A program made the translations under genes and the position numbers. A model generated the notes under the pieces. It did no database searches. It was not told the DNA's origin and worked only from the letters and a program-made list of their open reading frames with translations. A stretch of 64,000 bases of DNA, taken from Amphiscolops sp. MND2022 (lineage: Eukaryota). Positions 60,133-64,000 of the stretch are shown here, piece after piece (the stretch's first letter is position 1; each line of letters opens with the position of its first letter). The stretch is taken from contig OZ076409.1 of assembly GCA_964187785.1 (NCBI GenBank), forward strand, positions 90,336,001 to 90,400,000, read 5' to 3'.

Positions 60133-63100
60133 CTTCGCCACGACTCCAATATAACGAACTAATATCTGTCCGACAATACATCAGATCGGACCCTCCAACG
60201 CAAACTTTCCACCAATACAATCAACAATTGATGGGCTATCCCTCTGTTGTCTGGCAGCAACAGATGGAAAAAGCTACCATCATCACCTACAATAACACCC
60301 ATTTATTCCAGAAACCAATTCCTGTTTGGGACCCTGATTATACTACTACCTTCACTACCCGATTCAGGCCTATTCCCCTGGTTGACAATTACAACCCTAC
60401 CTACATATATCCAGACTACGGCAGAGACCCCTATTGGGACACAGAAATCTACAACCAGGAACAACTACAATTCCAATATGTCTTAGACGACATCGAGCAC
60501 TATAATAGAACGGTCCACGAAAACCCTCCAATCACCCACAATAAAAAGACCAGAGCACTAGTTGAAAACTGGCAAATGAATGACGGCACCAACCATCCAG
60601 TGTTCCCAAACCCATTGGGGACCGAGACCCATGAAGACGTTGCTCAACCCATACCACAATCACTATTAGACGAGAAGCAATTCCAGAATATCTTAATCAC
60701 CAGGGACGGTGAACCAGACTGTGTACCATTGTCAACCAACATCAATCTCAAATGCAAAAAACGCATGTTGTATTTCCCCATGGACTTTGGGGAGTTGACC
60801 ATAGACGGACTTATCGACACTGGAGCGCTGTCCAGTGCAATTCCTGAGATGGACCTCCGGAAAATTCGACTCCTATCTCCACAATCTGTTATCCGGGAAG
60901 GTCCACCTCCAAATTTCCAAATCATGGTTGCTAATGGGCAATTGGAAACTCCTAAGAGTACCATAGAGCTCAAATTCGAAGTTGGTGACATTGAGTTCCA
61001 TGAAATCTTTATAGTCATGGAACACCTGACAGGTCCGATTATCGGCCTAATGTTTCTTCAACGAAATCATACAGTACTGGACATGAGACAAGGAATCTTG
61101 AATTTCCCGTTCTTTTCGATGCAGCTCAAAACAGCAGACCATAAGTACTCAAACGTACTTGAACCAATCCTCGACCCTGCTGAAATAACCATTCCGCCAA
61201 ATGACAGAGTCCTAATCCGGACTAATTCCCTACTCTACCCTGAGAATGCTGTCACTGGAATCTTGCAACCGAGCGACCTTCTACACGAAGAAGGCGACAT
61301 CACATTTTGCCCAGCTTTGGTCACTCTGAATGACGGCAATCTATTGATACCAGTGAACAATTTCACAGACCACCCTTATAAACTCAAAAAGGGACTTCAT
61401 ATTGCCAATTTCTCCGTCATGACACCAGAACAGATGAAGTATGTCAAACCGGTAGACCCGGCATCAACCTGGCATCTTTTACAAAATGACCAAGAGCAGG
61501 CAGCCCACTATGTCAGCAGTCTCATCAAAACTAATAGAAATCCACAAAACACTGAAAACTACTGGTTCCCAACTCCAGAAAATCCTGGAAACCCTGAGGA
61601 ACATACGCCCATACAAAAACGAATCCTTCAAGAATTACAGGCCTTACAAGACCTAGAGACACTTGACCCCACCAAAGATGAAGAATCACGTGCAAAATTC
61701 TTAGAAAACTTCGATTGGAAAGATTCCACCCTTACTCCTGAAGAGAAGGAGAAAATAGAGGAATTGTTAGTGGAATTCCACGACATCTTTGCACGACACC
61801 GATTTGATATAGGCATGAACGAGGACTTCAAGGTGAAACTGACACCTAAAGACGATTCCCCAGCCTATAGTCAAAGTCTTCCAGCCCCTATCAACTTGAA
61901 GGAAGACATCCTAGTCGAATTAGCCATGTTACACAAATATGGCATCATTACCACCCTACCGTTCTCGAAGTATGCAAGCCCAATATTCGCCCAAAAGAAA
62001 CCAAATGGGAAGCTACGACTTTTGGTTGACTTGAGAAAAATCAATAACCTCATCTCGGATGATTATATAAACAATAATCACCCTGTTAGCACCCTGGTTG
62101 ATGCTGCCCAACACTTGGCAGGCAAAAAACTGTTCTGTAAATTAGACTGTTCGCAGGCATACCACTGCCTACCAATGGCCGACCAACGCTCAATCGAAAT
62201 GTTGGCTTTCAATTTTGCCAGTCGTACATTCGCGTACAGACGCTTGGCACAAGGCCTTAGTCGGTCACTATCCGCATTCTCGAGTTTCATGAGGGAATAC
62301 CTCGACAAAGTCATTAAAGCGGATCAGTGCGCCCAGTATGTGGACGATATCGGCATCGCAGCCAATGATGTCGACCACCTCATGACGAACCTGAGAGCAA
62401 CATTCAAATGCATTCAGGAAGCAGGCCTTAAGTTGACAATGCACAAATGTCACTTCGGTGCAAAAGAAATTGATTTTCTCGGACGGACTATTACCCCGCA
62501 AGGCGTCAAACCCCAGAAACAGAACGTGCAAAACTTTCTGGAAAAGACCAAATTCCCAAAGTCGAAAAAGGCTTTGCAGCGCTACTTGGGATTCTTGAAC
62601 TACTACAGGAATTATGTCCCAAGACTCTACGAACGCCTTGCTCCATTCTACAAGATGCTCAAAAGTGACAAAAAGGTCCTAGTATCGAAAGAATTAGTCC
62701 AACAATTCGAAGAAATCAACAAGGCACTCGACAAATGTTGCGATTTGGCCCTACAACAGCCTATCCCGAACAAACAAATCGCACTAATGACTGATGCAAG
62801 TTTTGGTGCAGCTGGATATGCGGTCTTAATAGAAGACGATCCAAACCAGAAATCCACATCTCTCGGAAAATCCTACGCACCGGTGGCCTATGGATCAAAA
62901 ACCTTCACCCCAGCCCAGATCAAAATGTCAATATATGCCAAGGAATTTTTGGCAATTTACTTTGCATTCAAAGAATTTGGACATATATTCTGGGGTGCGC
63001 CCAAACCGGTCATTATCCTTACCGACAACAAAGCCGTTACGAGATTTTTCCAAACGAAAATAATACCACCAGCCCTGTGGAATGCATGCGATTATGTGAT

Positions 63101-64000
63101 TCAGTTCAATTTTGTCATAGCGCATATCCCGGGAGCACAGAACACAGCAGCTGACTATTTGTCCCGATTGGAGGCAGATCCGAAGGATAAATTAGTCATG
63201 AAAATCCGTGAAGACGTGCAAACTTTACCCATTGAGATAAATGTTCAATCTGCGGGGGTATCACAGGAAGAACAAATATTCTATACGAATGATGATGACG
63301 AGACAGAGGAACAGTATTGGGCAAGAAAAGAAGCAATCAGGAAAAATCCAATGACTGATGAGCCCACTGTTACCATAGAAACTCTGTCAACCAATCTGGT
63401 CAAACAACAACCAGACATTCAAGTCCGATTACAGAAAACAAACCAGATAACCATCGAGCAGTCCAAAGATACAGTATTGCAACAATTGAAGGCAAAGCTC
63501 CTTCATGAAGACTATTCAGAAAACATACTGCAACAGGATGCCCGATATAGACACTATGCAAATAATCTGGAACGAATTGTACTCGAGGACGAAATCCTGA
63601 CGAGGCAATATTTTGATGAAACAGGGAATGTTAAATACCATCAAATTTTGCTCCCGCAACACCTACTTCGGGAATTGCTTCACTCCCTTCACGGGACAGC
63701 GCATAAACATCCCGGGATTTCAAAAATGTTGCAGGAAATCAGACAAAGGTATTACTACCCTAGCATGGCTAAACACGTCAAAAAGTGGGTAGAAGGGTGT
63801 GAACAATGTGCCAGAGACAAGAGAGTCCCTAACGCAACGATCACACCTGAGCTGCTCAACTTGCCCGAATGGGACCTTGGACCTGAAGACGCCATGCAGA
63901 TTGACCTATTGCCGAATCTTCCCCCAAGTGGAGGGTATGAAAATGTCCTAACGGCAATTGATGTTTTCTCCAGATATTTATTCGCTTATCCCCTTACAGA
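60123..64000 (+). CDS. pol: Pol (PR-RT-RNase H-IN), in the -1 frame relative to gag, open to the window end
   Basis: LIDTGA (60816), QYVDDI (62337), TDASFGAAG, H..H...CEQC and QIDLL; PR and RT motifs checked to share a frame. Absent from the ORF track, as expected if no stop lies in the window. Confidence 0.93.

Larger units (their letters stand above)
57264..64000 (+). mobile_element. Apparently intact Gypsy/Ty3 LTR retrotransposon (3' part outside the window)
   Basis: Inferred 5' LTR 57264-59002 (TGTCGCAGGC...GCTTACGACA), PBS TGGTGACAGGAG at 59003, open gag and pol, domain order PR-RT-RH-IN. Confidence 0.93.

Overview
AT-rich, transposon-dense animal (invertebrate-like) genomic scaffold with a 200-N gap at 1867-2066; the species cannot be determined from the sequence alone. 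One confident host gene is present: a 5-exon Bsx homeobox gene (minus, 11419-14286). Two weaker orphan gene candidates are also present: a Tyr/Gly/Pro-rich gene at about 39.4-41.2 kb interrupted by a hAT MITE, and a small gene whose first exon is amplified five times in a 1.55-kb tandem array. The rest is layered mobile DNA: a decayed Polinton-type pPolB, a young internally deleted LTR element, an old Gypsy nested in a CRE-like retroposon, a decayed LINE, a 2.2-kb solo LTR, an apparently intact Gypsy running off the right end, Helentron-type HINEs, and hAT, MULE, Merlin and pogo-like MITEs. The most unusual signals are (i) two Gypsy families whose long LTRs encode the first 100-200 Gag residues and read through the LTR end in the same phase, (ii) a divergent histone-H4-like remnant inside a 1.66-kb repeat, and (iii) an exonic hAT MITE that could be spliced out as a new intron. 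Translations and alignments were done by eye and no database searches were run.
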